From assembly GCA_964534375.1 (NCBI GenBank), contig CAZHPN010000129.1, positions 1 to 18,568 of the forward strand: a DNA stretch of 18,568 bases, read 5' to 3'. This document shows, piece by piece, positions 1 through 9,299 of the stretch (positions are counted from its first letter, which is position 1; every line of letters begins with the position of its first letter). The DNA comes from an uncultured bacterium. Lineage in GTDB: Bacteria; Lernaellota; Lernaellaia; Lernaellales; Lernaellaceae. The notes beneath the pieces were generated by a model that had not been told where the DNA came from, did not search any database, and worked only from the letters and a program-made list of their open reading frames with translations. A program made the translations under genes and the position numbers.

Positions 1-114
1 GACGTGCAGCAGCGTGTACAGGTCGGACTCGGGCCAGACCTCGCACATCGCTTCGAGCACCTTTTCACCGCCGCGCATGCCGGTCAGCCAATCGTGGACG
101 AGGGCGATTTTCAC
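1..114 (-). CDS. Glycosyltransferase family 4 (WbaZ-like mannosyltransferase), N-terminal fragment, truncated by the window edge
   Basis: Not in the ORF track. Manual translation from GTG at 114 gives MKIALVHDWLTGMRGGEKVLEAMCEVWPESDLYTLLHV; the VHDWL..GGE(K/R)V start is typical of WbaZ-like GT4 enzymes. SD-like AAAGGAG lies 6 nt upstream (121-127). Confidence 0.85.
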   Translation of the reverse strand, partial: MKIALVHDWLTGMRGGEKVLEAMCEVWPESDLYTLLHV

Positions 115-129
115 GCGGGTCTCCTTTGA

Positions 130-1320
130 CTACACATCGTTTTCTTTGGTCGCCAGCCGCTCCGCCACCGCCTCGCCGATCTGCGCGGCGCGGACATCCC
201 ACGAATGGCGGCGGGCTTCGGCGAGCCGCGCCGGCGCGTGGTCGGCCGTCTCGTCGAGGGCGGCGCGAATCGCCGCGACGAAACCGTCGGCGTCGGCGGT
301 CAGGCGGCAGAGTTCGGGCCGGTCGCGATAGGCGGCGAACGCGGGCAGTTCGACCGCGACGATCGGTTTGCCGGCCGCCATGTATTCGTAGAACTTCATC
401 GGGAAGCTGCGCGTGGTGCTGTCGTTGATGCGCATCGGCAGCAGCCCGACGTCGAACGCCGCGACGTAATCCGGCAACCGCTCGAACGCGGCGCGGCCGA
501 GAAAGTGCACGTTCGGCAATCTCTCCAGCGCGCCGACATCGGTGTTCGGGTCGCCCCAGCCGACCGGGCCGACCAGCGCGAAACTGGCCTGCGGCAGCGC
601 TTTCGCCGCGTGCGCGAGCAAATCGAGGTCGGTCTTGTAGCCGGAGATATTGCCCGCGTAGCCGAGGATCGGCCGCGGCAGCGCCGCCATGTCGGGCGGC
701 AGCGCACGGTCCGGGCGCGGCGCGAAATGCGCGACGTCGGCGACGTTCTCGAAGCACAGGATGTCTTTCGCCTTGTCGCGGCGCTCGTCGAACAACACCG
801 GGTTCGTGACGATCGTCAGCTCGGCGCGGGCGAGCATTTCGTCTTCGAGCGCGCGCAGGGCGTCGGCGTCGACGCCCGGGTTCGCGGCGTAATCGTCGAC
901 GCAATGGTAAACGGTCAGCGACTCGTCGAGTTGGCCCAGCAAGTCGAGCCCGAGCGGCAGAAACGTCCAGAAGATGGGCCGGCGAAACCCGAGTTCTCGC
1001 GCGGCCGCACGCACGGCGCGCCGCAGGTTCCAGCGATTGAAGGCGCGCGCCGGCGCCAGCCCGTGCAGCGGCGCGTTGACCGGCGAAAAAACCCACAGGT
1101 TTTCTTCGACGCGGCGCAGACCCGAGAACCACTCGCCGACCCGCTTGCGGATTTTTTGCCAATCGCCGCGCGAGATGCCGGGCGCGCGCAGGCCGAGGTT
1201 GTTCAGATACAGCACGCGGTTGTCCGCGGCGAGCCGGTGCATCAAATGCTGGGCGTTGACCCACATCGAATCCCAACTCGCGCTGGCCAGGCACACGATG
1301 TCGCGGTTCTCCAACTTCAT
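130..1320 (-). CDS. GT-B fold glycosyltransferase (TuaH-like, GT4-related)
   Basis: 396 aa. Motifs W..MWVNAQHLMHRLA, VYHCVDDY, LPNVHFLG, FDVGLLP and FPMKFYEYMAAGKPIV. The ATG overlaps the upstream TGA (ATGA at 1317-1320). Confidence 0.85.
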   Translation of the reverse strand: MKLENRDIVCLASASWDSMWVNAQHLMHRLAADNRVLYLNNLGLRAPGISRGDWQKIRKRVGEWFSGLRRVEENLWVFSPVNAPLHGLAPARAFNRWNLRRAVRAAARELGFRRPIFWTFLPLGLDLLGQLDESLTVYHCVDDYAANPGVDADALRALEDEMLARAELTIVTNPVLFDERRDKAKDILCFENVADVAHFAPRPDRALPPDMAALPRPILGYAGNISGYKTDLDLLAHAAKALPQASFALVGPVGWGDPNTDVGALERLPNVHFLGRAAFERLPDYVAAFDVGLLPMRINDSTTRSFPMKFYEYMAAGKPIVAVELPAFAAYRDRPELCRLTADADGFVAAIRAALDETADHAPARLAEARRHSWDVRAAQIGEAVAERLATKENDV

Positions 1321-2513
1321 CGCGCGGCCCCTTGACCGGCCGCGTCGGGCGGCTCAACGTCGCGCTGCAACTGTTCGACGCAGGCGCGCCAGGTCCGCTG
1401 CGCCGCGCGCTCCCGGGCGGCCTCGCCGAGGCGGCGCCGCAACGGCTCGTCGTCGAGCAGGCGAATGATTTTTTCGGCCACGTCCGCTGAGCTTTCCGGA
1501 TCGGCAAGCAGGCCGGTCACGCCGTCGTCGATCGCGTCGGGCACGCCGCCGCTGCGGCCCCCGATCGATGGCACGCCGAACCGCGCGGCTTCCAGAAAAA
1601 CGATGCCGAACGCTTCCACGTCGGGGCCGATGCGGCGGCTCGGCATGACGAATAAGTCCGCCCGCGCCAGCAGCCGCGAGACATCGGCGTCGGACAGCCG
1701 GCCGCAAAAAACCACGGCCGCCTCGAGATGCAGCCGGGCGACAATCTCGCCCAACCGGCCGCGATCCGGCCCGTCGCCGACGACGAACCAGATCGTCTCC
1801 GGATGCCGCGCCAGGACCGCCGGCAGCGCCTCCGCCACGCGGTCGTGCCCCTTTCGCGTTTCCAGCCGGCCGACCGTCAGCAGCACTTTTTTCCCCGCGA
1901 GCGGCACGCCGGCCATTTCGGCCGCCGGCGGCGCCGACGGGTCGAGCGCGCCCGAATCGGCGCCGAGCCGATTGACGACGATTTTTTCCGCCGGGACCAG
2001 CCGGGCGACCTCGTCGCGCATGAAGCCGCTATGCACGATCACCCGCCGCGCAAAGCGCAGGACGAGCTTCATCGCCAGCCGCGGCAGGCCGCCGCGGTCG
2101 ATCGTCCGCAACGTCTCCGTGCCGTGGCAATAGACGCAATACGGGCAGCCGGCGAGCGCGCGCACCACGAGCATCGGCAGGCCGTTGGCCATCGCGTAAG
2201 CGCAATATACCAATTCGGCGCGGTGCGTGCGGACGGCCTCGCCCAGATAGATTCCGCCAATGATGAAGCGCAACAAATACGCGGCGGCGCGCAGCAGGAC
2301 GCGCAGCAGCGGATTGGCATGCGTCCAATCGAGGCGCGGCATCCGCCGCACGCGATAGGTCACGCCGGGGGCGCGATCGAACGCCGCGTCGCCCGGCGCA
2401 TGGCGCGCGATGACGAGCGCATCGGCGCCGTGAAACGCGGCGATGCGTTCCATCAATGTTTGCACGCCGCCGAATTCGGGCGGGAAGTCGCGCGTGAAAA
2501 TGATGACCTTCAC
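1317..2513 (-). CDS. Glycosyltransferase family 4 (PimB-like)
   Basis: C-terminal part of the 686-aa ORF. The likely start is GTG at 2513 (MKVIIFTRDFPPEFGGVQ), overlapping the upstream TGA. Motifs LLTVGRLETRKG, VGDGP, EAFGIVFLEA (EX7E) and GGVPDAIDDGVTG. Confidence 0.88.
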   Translation of the reverse strand: MKVIIFTRDFPPEFGGVQTLMERIAAFHGADALVIARHAPGDAAFDRAPGVTYRVRRMPRLDWTHANPLLRVLLRAAAYLLRFIIGGIYLGEAVRTHRAELVYCAYAMANGLPMLVVRALAGCPYCVYCHGTETLRTIDRGGLPRLAMKLVLRFARRVIVHSGFMRDEVARLVPAEKIVVNRLGADSGALDPSAPPAAEMAGVPLAGKKVLLTVGRLETRKGHDRVAEALPAVLARHPETIWFVVGDGPDRGRLGEIVARLHLEAAVVFCGRLSDADVSRLLARADLFVMPSRRIGPDVEAFGIVFLEAARFGVPSIGGRSGGVPDAIDDGVTGLLADPESSADVAEKIIRLLDDEPLRRRLGEAARERAAQRTWRACVEQLQRDVEPPDAAGQGAAR

Positions 2514-3397
2514 CGGCCGCTCCCGTCTTGCGCGCAACGGAAGCCAATCGTGATGTTCGTCGCGCCGGGCGGGTGGTGATCGCGATACTCGACGCGGGTG
2601 TAGATCGCGGTGTCGGCGTAGCTGCCGCCGCGCACGACCTTCTCGTCGCCGGTCGGCGGCCCCGTGGGGTTGACGCCGTTGCCCGGCCAGGCGGCCGCGT
2701 CGTAGTAATCGTCGGCGTAGAAATCGGCGACCCATTCGGCGACGTTGCCGGTCATGTTCAGCGCGCCGTAGGGCGAGGCCGAGGCGGCGTACGATTCGAC
2801 GCCGACGGGAAACGCATAGCAGGTTTCGTGGACGCGCGCGTCGGGCGCGAGCGAATCGGCCAGCGGATTGGCAACGTCGGCGAGATCGCAGGTCGGTTCG
2901 GCCCAGCCCCAGGGGTAGTCGCGATCGTCGGCGGCGCCGCGGGCCGCTTTTTCCCACTCGGCCTCGGTGGGCAGCCGGCGGCCGCGCCACCGGCAATACT
3001 GGTCGGCCATGTTCCACGTGACATCGACCACCGGATAATCGTCGTACGACGGATTCGTATAGTAGCCGTTCTGGCCGCCCGGGCCGCTGGGGAGCGGATC
3101 GATGCACGGGCCGGCGTAGACGCAGGCGCGGTATTGCACGTTGGTGGTTTCCGTCACTTCGATCGCATAGGCGTCGAGATAGACCGTCCGTTGCGGCTGC
3201 TCGTCGACGAACGGCCCGGCGCTCGTCGAGCCCATGAGGAAATCCCCGGCCGGCACGGCAACCACGGGCGACGCGGGCGAATTGTGATAAACGGCGCTCG
3301 AAAACTGGAACGGATTTTTCGCCGCGCAGACGACCGTCGCCAGGGCGGCCAAAGCCGCCAGACCGACGCGGGCGCAACGGCGGGCGGCGCGCGTCAC
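2510..3397 (-). CDS. Exported FGE-sulfatase (SUMF1/PvdO-like) domain protein, probably non-catalytic
   Basis: C-terminal part of the 826-aa ORF. Likely GTG start at 3397 overlapping the flippase stop. Signal-like N-terminus RAARRCARVGLAALAALATVVCA. Motifs VPAGDFLMGS, PVVDVTW, RLPTEAEWEKAARG, YGALNMTGNVAEWV, RGGSY and IGFRC. Confidence 0.88.
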   Translation of the reverse strand: MTRAARRCARVGLAALAALATVVCAAKNPFQFSSAVYHNSPASPVVAVPAGDFLMGSTSAGPFVDEQPQRTVYLDAYAIEVTETTNVQYRACVYAGPCIDPLPSGPGGQNGYYTNPSYDDYPVVDVTWNMADQYCRWRGRRLPTEAEWEKAARGAADDRDYPWGWAEPTCDLADVANPLADSLAPDARVHETCYAFPVGVESYAASASPYGALNMTGNVAEWVADFYADDYYDAAAWPGNGVNPTGPPTGDEKVVRGGSYADTAIYTRVEYRDHHPPGATNITIGFRCAQDGSGR

Positions 3398-4950
3398 GGC
3401 GTTTCCTCCCGTTCCATCAACCACGGCAGCCACCGCGCCTTGCCGGGCAGCGGCAGCGCGTCGAGCAGGCGCGCGTGCTCGCGGCGGAACGGCCGCGCCA
3501 GCGCGATCAGGAAAACGAAGAGCACTGAGCCCGCGGCCAGCAACAGCGGCGCCCGCCAATAGGGCGCGGCCGGCAGATGCGGCCGCAGCAGCCGCAAGCC
3601 GAGCGCCATGCCGGCGCCGGCGGCGAAAATCTTCGCCAGGAACCGCCACGGGTAAACCGGATGCAGAAGACGATGCACCACCACCCACTCCGCCGCGACT
3701 TCGCCCGACAGCGCGATGGTCATGGCGATCGCCGGCCCGAGTTGCTGCCACAGCGGAATCAAGGCCAAATCCAGGGCGAAGTACGCCGCGCCAAAGATCA
3801 GGCGCAATTTCACCAGCGTTTTTTCGCGGTCGAAACCCATCAGGAAGTTCGCCGTGATCGCGCCCATTTTCGAGAAGGACAGGCCGAAGAGCAAGACGTA
3901 CATCGGGGCCGCCGCGCCGGCCGCCGTCGCCGCCGGATAGAACAGGCGCAGCACGTCGCCGCCGATCAGCAGGCCGCCGAGGCAAATGGGGATAATGAAC
4001 AAATAGAGATATTCCATCGACACCGCGAAGATGCGCCGCAGTTTCTCGTCGTCGCCCTGCGCCGCCACCTCGCTGACCATCGCCAGCGAAAAGCCTTCGG
4101 AAAAAGCGTACGAGAAAAACGACACGGCGTGGAAGACCAGGTTGTACGCGACGACGTACCACGTCGTGACCCGCGGGTCGGTCAGCAGCAGGCCGAGCAG
4201 CGCGACATCCATGCCCTTCTGGAAAAAGAACTGCAGGAAGTTGTAAAGGTACGTCCACCAGGAAAAGCGCAGCATCCGCAGCATCGTCGGCGGCGGCTCG
4301 GCCGCCAGCGCGGGCGCCGCGGGCGCCACCGGGTTCGGCCGGCGCCAGCGCCAGCCGCAGACCGCGGCCGTCGCCGCATTCAGGCCGATCATGCAGAGCA
4401 ACGCGCCGCCGATGCCGCCGCCCAATTTGACGACGAGCGCGACGGCCGCGAGATACGCCGCGGTGAGCGCCGCCTGGGTCAGGTTGAGGAATCGTTGCTC
4501 GTAGCGCGCCACGAGCACGCGCGACAGCAAATTGCTGAAGCCCATCGCGATCAGCAAGCAAGCGGTCAGCCGGATCGGGAAAACGCGCGCGGCGTCGTGC
4601 AGCAGCCATTTCGCGAAATGCGGCGCGAAGACCCACAGCAGGCCGGCCAGCGCCGCCGAAACGGCCAGACGCAGCCACACAGCGTGAAACACCAGCCGCC
4701 GTTCGCCCGCTTCGCCGCTCTTGGCCAGCGTTTCGGGCACGAACCGCAGCACCGCGTTTTCGAGGCCCGCCGCGGCGACGAGCACGAGCAGCGCATTGAG
4801 ATTGATCGCCTGCGACAACGCGCCGTATTCGGCGTCGCCGAGCAGGCGCACGAGCACGATGGATTCGAGGAAACGCAGCAGCATCAGGGCGAATTTGCCC
4901 AGCAGGTTCCAGAACATCGCGTCGGCGGCGCGCACGCCCAAGCGGGTCAA
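3394..4950 (-). CDS. Oligosaccharide flippase (Wzx / MOP-superfamily polysaccharide transporter)
   Basis: 518 aa with many hydrophobic helices, an N-terminal LVRLLG.AEYG motif and a central MLRFSW..Y segment. TTG start with GGGAG upstream. Heads a glycosyltransferase cluster. Confidence 0.85.
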   Translation of the reverse strand: MTRLGVRAADAMFWNLLGKFALMLLRFLESIVLVRLLGDAEYGALSQAINLNALLVLVAAAGLENAVLRFVPETLAKSGEAGERRLVFHAVWLRLAVSAALAGLLWVFAPHFAKWLLHDAARVFPIRLTACLLIAMGFSNLLSRVLVARYEQRFLNLTQAALTAAYLAAVALVVKLGGGIGGALLCMIGLNAATAAVCGWRWRRPNPVAPAAPALAAEPPPTMLRMLRFSWWTYLYNFLQFFFQKGMDVALLGLLLTDPRVTTWYVVAYNLVFHAVSFFSYAFSEGFSLAMVSEVAAQGDDEKLRRIFAVSMEYLYLFIIPICLGGLLIGGDVLRLFYPAATAAGAAAPMYVLLFGLSFSKMGAITANFLMGFDREKTLVKLRLIFGAAYFALDLALIPLWQQLGPAIAMTIALSGEVAAEWVVVHRLLHPVYPWRFLAKIFAAGAGMALGLRLLRPHLPAAPYWRAPLLLAAGSVLFVFLIALARPFRREHARLLDALPLPGKARWLPWLMEREETP

Positions 4951-5064
4951 AGCGGCTCTCCCATCGGCGATGATTTACAGGCTGCGCCAAATATCATGAT
5001 TCCACCGTCGCCAAGATTTGTAAAGGGCCGAATTTCGCTATCCCCGCGCGCAGACCTCTCCCCC

Positions 5065-5130
5065 GGCCACGCTCGAGGCGTGGCCGCGCCCCTCCCCGGC
5101 GCAGGGAGGGGCTTTTCGGGCGCCCCCGAA
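5065..5130. repeat. Cluster of GC-rich inverted repeats (REP-like or terminator-like) between lysC and the flippase operon
   Basis: GGCCACGC-TCGAG-GCGTGGCC (5065-5085); GCCCCTCCC-CGGCGCA-GGGAGGGGC (5088-5112) followed by TTTT on the + strand; TTCGGG-CGCC-CCCGAA (5115-5130). Confidence 0.6.
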
Positions 5131-5175
5131 TCGCAGCGGCGGTCCCGGCTTGAGCTGACGCCAACGTGCTGCATA

Positions 5176-5676
5176 TCATAATTCTTCGCAGCCGGCCGAA
5201 CCGTGCGCCAGGTCGAAGGCTTCGTGCAGCGCCTGCACGGCTTCGGTCAGGCGCCGTTCGTCGATGATGACGCTGATCTTGATCTCGCCGGTCGCGGCCA
5301 TCAGCACCGGAATATCCTTTGCGGCGAGCGTCTCGAACACGATCGCCGGAACTTCGGTGTGCGTGCGGATGCCGACCCCGACGACCGAAACCTTCGCCAC
5401 CGGCCCGTCCAGTTCGACGCCGACCGCGCCCAGATCGTCCGCGGCGTGCTCGACCAATTCTTTCGCCTGCTGCGCCTCGGCCTTGGGCACGGTGAACGAA
5501 ATATCGCAGAAATCCTCGACGCTCGCGCCCTGCACGAGCACGTCGATCCGCAGGCCCGCGCGGCTGACGGGCGCGATGATGTCGCGCGCGGCCGTCGCCG
5601 TCGCCGGCACGCCCATCACGCGCAGGCGCATTTCGTCTTTGGCGTAGGTCACCCCGGTAATGGGGGCGGATTCCAT
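5176..5676 (-). CDS. Putative in-frame aspartokinase beta (regulatory) subunit from an internal start
   Basis: Internal ATG (Met247, MESAPITGV) at the kinase/ACT boundary, preceded by AGGAGG 5 nt upstream (GAGGAGGATTGCATG), as in alpha2beta2 aspartokinases. Confidence 0.55.
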   Translation of the reverse strand: MESAPITGVTYAKDEMRLRVMGVPATATAARDIIAPVSRAGLRIDVLVQGASVEDFCDISFTVPKAEAQQAKELVEHAADDLGAVGVELDGPVAKVSVVGVGIRTHTEVPAIVFETLAAKDIPVLMAATGEIKISVIIDERRLTEAVQALHEAFDLAHGSAGCEEL

Positions 5677-6414
5677 GCAATCCTCCTCGGCCGCGATCCA
5701 CGTGCCCGGCCCGTCGACGAACGAACTGCGCACGTGCAACGGCACGCCGAATTTTTTCGCGAACGCCACGGCGCGAATGTGCAGCACCTTCGCGCCCAGA
5801 CTCGCCAGCTCCAGCATCTCGTCGTGGCTGATGCGGTCGAGTTTGCGCGCCGCGGGGCACACGTGCGGATCGGTCGTGTAAACGCCGTCGACGTCGGTGT
5901 AAATCTCGCAGACGTCGGCGCGCAAGGCCGCGGCCAGGGCGACCGCCGTCGTGTCCGACCCGCCCCGGCCGAGCGTCGTGACGTCGCCGTCGCGGTCCAC
6001 GCCTTGAAAACCGGCCACGACCGCGATCTTGCGCTCGCCAAGGCGATCGAGAATCGCGGCGGGGTCGATCGACAGAATCCGCGCGCGCGAAAAATTGTCG
6101 TCCGTGAGAATCTTGACCTGGTGCGCCAGAAACGAGCGCGCCTGGTGGCCCCGATCCTCGATCGCCATCGCCAGCAGCGCGATGCTGACCTGTTCGCCCG
6201 TCGCGACCAGTTGATCCAGTTCGCGGCCCGCCGGGCGGTCGACGGTTTGCGCCGCGAGCCGCAGCAAGCGGTCGGTTTCGCCGGCCATCGCCGAGACGAC
6301 GACGACCACCTCCGCGCCGGCCTCGTGCGTGCGCACGACGCGCCGCGCCACGGCCTTGATCCGGTCGATGCTGCCGACGCTCGTGCCGCCGTATTTCTGC
6401 ACGATGAGCGTCAT
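5176..6414 (-). CDS. lysC: Aspartate kinase (alpha subunit, two C-terminal ACT domains)
   Basis: 412 aa. Motifs [59 protein letters not shown] and [13 protein letters not shown]. Confidence 0.96.
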   Translation of the reverse strand: MTLIVQKYGGTSVGSIDRIKAVARRVVRTHEAGAEVVVVVSAMAGETDRLLRLAAQTVDRPAGRELDQLVATGEQVSIALLAMAIEDRGHQARSFLAHQVKILTDDNFSRARILSIDPAAILDRLGERKIAVVAGFQGVDRDGDVTTLGRGGSDTTAVALAAALRADVCEIYTDVDGVYTTDPHVCPAARKLDRISHDEMLELASLGAKVLHIRAVAFAKKFGVPLHVRSSFVDGPGTWIAAEEDCMESAPITGVTYAKDEMRLRVMGVPATATAARDIIAPVSRAGLRIDVLVQGASVEDFCDISFTVPKAEAQQAKELVEHAADDLGAVGVELDGPVAKVSVVGVGIRTHTEVPAIVFETLAAKDIPVLMAATGEIKISVIIDERRLTEAVQALHEAFDLAHGSAGCEEL

Positions 6415-6891
6415 CTAGCGCCCGCCCGCCAAATCCGCAAGAACCTCGCGCCATCGATCGCCGTGCGCCGAGAAGGAAAAGACGCGCGTCTCGCCCTCGA
6501 AGGAGATGCGCGCCCAGAGCGCGTCGTCGGGGATCATGCCCGGCGCGCGCTCGGCCCACTCGACGGCGCACACGTCGTCGCTCCAGAGGAATTCCTCCGC
6601 GCCGATGTTCGCCAGGTCTTTTTCATCGGCCAGGCGATAAAAATCGAAATGGTGCAGCGTCAGCCGGCCTTCGCGATAGGTCGCGAGGATGGTGAATGTC
6701 GGGCTGACCACGTGGGTCGATTCCGGCACGCCCAGGCCATGCGCCAAACCCTGCACGAAGCGCGTCTTGCCCGTGCCGAGTTCGCCGACCAGCGCCAGCA
6801 CATCGCCGCCGCGCAGGTGCGCCGCCAGCCGCGCGCCGAGGCGGCGGGTTTCGTCTTCGCTCGCCGTGCGGATCGCGACCGTTTCGCTCAC
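6415..6891 (-). CDS. tsaE: tRNA threonylcarbamoyladenosine biosynthesis ATPase TsaE
   Basis: C-terminal part of the 288-aa ORF, GTG start at 6891 overlapping the nnr stop. Walker A GELGTGKT, plus VSPTFTI, HFDFYRL and AVEWAE. Confidence 0.95.
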   Translation of the reverse strand: MSETVAIRTASEDETRRLGARLAAHLRGGDVLALVGELGTGKTRFVQGLAHGLGVPESTHVVSPTFTILATYREGRLTLHHFDFYRLADEKDLANIGAEEFLWSDDVCAVEWAERAPGMIPDDALWARISFEGETRVFSFSAHGDRWREVLADLAGGR

Positions 6892-8471
6892 TCGTCGCGC
6901 TCCGGCCCCGCGCCCGCGCAGGCGTCTTCCATTTCCTTGAAGATCGCCGGCAACGCGGCCAGCAGGCCGCCGGCCGTCGTCGCGCGCTCGCCGACCTGGG
7001 CCGCGACCCGGTCGCCGGCCGCGCCGTGCAAGAATACGCCGGCAAGCGTGGCCGCGAGCGGCTCGGCGCCTTGCGCAATGAAGCCCGCGATCAGGCCGGT
7101 GAGCACGTCGCCCGCGCCGCCGGTCGCCATGCCGGGGTTGCCGGTCGGGTTGATCCACAAGCGGCCGTCGGGCGCCGCGACGACGGTGTGCGCGCCCTTG
7201 AGCGCGACGACCGCGCCGGTCGCGGCCGCGAGGCCGAGCGCCGCGCCGAGGCGGTCCGCCTGCACCTCGGCAGTCGTGCATTTTCGCAGCCGCGCCATCT
7301 CGCCGGGGTGCGGGGTCAGCACGACCGGGGCCTGCGCGCCGGCGAGCAGATCGACGTTCGCCGCCAAATTGTTCAAGCCGTCGGCGTCGATCACCAGCGG
7401 CACGTTCGTCGCCGCCAGCAGGCCGCCGACAAAGGTTTCCAACGCCTCCGAACGGCCGAGGCCCGGCCCGACCGCGATGACGTTCTTGCCGGCCGCGAGC
7501 TCCAGCGCGCCGCCCAGCGCCGCCGCGGAAAAACGCCCGGCGCTGTCTTCCGCCAAGCCGGCCTTGAGCGCTTCGAGCAGCGCCGCTTCGGCCGCGGGCA
7601 ACAGCGATTCGGGCACGCCCGCGGTGACCAGGCCCGCGCCGCTCGTCACCGCGGCCCGGGCCGCCATCAGCGGGGCGCCGCCCATGCCGCGCGAGCCGCC
7701 GAGCACCAGGACGTGGCCGAACGAGCCCTTATGGGCCTGTGCGTCGCGCGGCGCGAACAGCGGCAGCGCATCGTCGCGTTCGATCAGGCGGGCCTTGATC
7801 TCGGCCGCGTCGATCAACTCCGGCGGCAGCGAGATGTCGACGACTTCGATCGTGCCGCAGTGCTCGGCGCCCGGAAAAAGAAACTGCGCGAGCTTCGGCA
7901 GCCCGAAGGTGCAGGTGAGATCGGCGCGGATCGCGGGGCCCGTCAATTGGCCCGTGTCGGCGTTGACGCCGCTGGGCATATCGACGGCGACGATCGGCGC
8001 GTCGAGGCCGTTGGCCAGCGCGATCAATTCCGCGGCCGGGCCTTCGATGGCGCGCGTCAGGCCCGTGCCGAACAAGGCGTCGACGACCAGGCCCGCGTCG
8101 GCCAGGGCGTCGACGGCGGCGCGATGATCTTTCTCGCTGCGCAATTGGTAAACCGGGATGCCGATCTTCTCGGCGATGCGATAGTTGGTTTTGGCGTCGC
8201 CGTGCAGTTGCGAACCGGGCGCGATCAGCCAGCATTCGACGTCGAAGCCCTGGTTGTGCAGATGGCGCGCGATGACGAAGCCGTCGCCGCCGTTGTTGCC
8301 GGGGCCGCACAACACGACGACACCCTTCGCGCACGCCTCGCCGAAATGCTCCTCGATGACCTCGGCCGCGCCGCGCCCCGCGTTTTCCATCAGCACCAGG
8401 CCGGGGATCGCGAAGTCGTCGATGGCCCGCCGATCCAGTTCGCGCATCTGCGCCGCGGTCGCCAGTTTCAT
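6888..8471 (-). CDS. nnr: Bifunctional NAD(P)H-hydrate epimerase/dehydratase (YjeF)
   Basis: ATG at 8471 (MKLATAAQMRELD) with GGAG upstream. Motifs GPGNNGGDG, VDALFGTG, HKGSFG, GPGLG, VIDADGLN, TPHPGEM and GNPGMATGGAGDVLTG. Confidence 0.95.
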   Translation of the reverse strand: MKLATAAQMRELDRRAIDDFAIPGLVLMENAGRGAAEVIEEHFGEACAKGVVVLCGPGNNGGDGFVIARHLHNQGFDVECWLIAPGSQLHGDAKTNYRIAEKIGIPVYQLRSEKDHRAAVDALADAGLVVDALFGTGLTRAIEGPAAELIALANGLDAPIVAVDMPSGVNADTGQLTGPAIRADLTCTFGLPKLAQFLFPGAEHCGTIEVVDISLPPELIDAAEIKARLIERDDALPLFAPRDAQAHKGSFGHVLVLGGSRGMGGAPLMAARAAVTSGAGLVTAGVPESLLPAAEAALLEALKAGLAEDSAGRFSAAALGGALELAAGKNVIAVGPGLGRSEALETFVGGLLAATNVPLVIDADGLNNLAANVDLLAGAQAPVVLTPHPGEMARLRKCTTAEVQADRLGAALGLAAATGAVVALKGAHTVVAAPDGRLWINPTGNPGMATGGAGDVLTGLIAGFIAQGAEPLAATLAGVFLHGAAGDRVAAQVGERATTAGGLLAALPAIFKEMEDACAGAGPERDE

Positions 8472-8506
8472 GTCGGTTCTCCTTGGCTCGCCGGGAGTCG
8501 CCCGCG

Positions 8507-9238
8507 TCAGGCCCGCTGGCTCTTCATCGCCTCGATCATTTCCCGTACGGCGCGTTCGAGGCCGACGAAAATCGCGCGGGCGATGATCGACTGGCCGATG
8601 TTCAACTCGCGGATTTCCGGAATGGCGGCGATCGGCCCGACGTTCTTCAGATCGAGCCCGTGGCCCGCGGCGACCGCCAGCCGCAGCTTGGCCGCCATGT
8701 GCACGGCGTCGAGGATCAGCGCGTACTCGCGTTCGACGTCCTCCGGTTTTTTCGCTTCGCAATAACGGCCCGTGTTGATCTCGATCACCCGGGCGTTCGC
8801 CTCGTAGGCCGCCTTGACCTGCGCCAGATCCGGATCGATGAACACGCTCATCGCAATTTCGTGCTCGGCCAGCAACGCCGCCGCGCCGCGCACCGCGTCC
8901 CTGGCGTGCAGCAGGTTCAAGCCGCCTTCGGTCGTCACTTCGTCCGGGCGCTCCGGCACGAGCGTCACCATGTCGGGCCGCATTTCGCCGGCGATGCGCA
9001 GCATTTCCTGCGTCGCGGACATTTCGACGTTCAGGTGCGTTTTGACGGTCTGGCGCAGGATCTCGAGGTCGCGCTCTTTGATGTGGCGCCGGTCGCCGCG
9101 CAGATGAATGGTGACGCCGTCGGCGCCGGCCAACTCGGCGAGGCCGGCCGCGAGCACGGGGTCCGGCTGGTCGATCTTGCGCGCTTCCCGCAAGGTCGCG
9201 ACGTGGTCCACGTTGACCGAAAGCTTGATCGGTTGCAC
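8507..9238 (-). CDS. pdxJ: Pyridoxine 5'-phosphate synthase
   Basis: 243 aa. Motifs LSVNVDHVATLREAR, GVTIHLRGDRRHI, VPERPDEVTTEGGL, AGHGL and ELNIGQSII. GTG start with AAGGAG upstream. Confidence 0.96.
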   Translation of the reverse strand: MQPIKLSVNVDHVATLREARKIDQPDPVLAAGLAELAGADGVTIHLRGDRRHIKERDLEILRQTVKTHLNVEMSATQEMLRIAGEMRPDMVTLVPERPDEVTTEGGLNLLHARDAVRGAAALLAEHEIAMSVFIDPDLAQVKAAYEANARVIEINTGRYCEAKKPEDVEREYALILDAVHMAAKLRLAVAAGHGLDLKNVGPIAAIPEIRELNIGQSIIARAIFVGLERAVREMIEAMKSQRA

Positions 9239-9299
9239 GGCTCACTCCTTTTTGTTCGTCCCGCGTCGGCAGGCGATCGCGCCCGAACCCGGCGCCGGT

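Noticed and set aside
2510..2640. FGE/C-type-lectin C-terminus (RGGS...GFRC) as the variable region of a diversity-generating retroelement
   Set aside because: No reverse transcriptase and no AAC-rich template repeat resembling this segment was found in the window. A remote DGR cannot be excluded without the rest of the genome.
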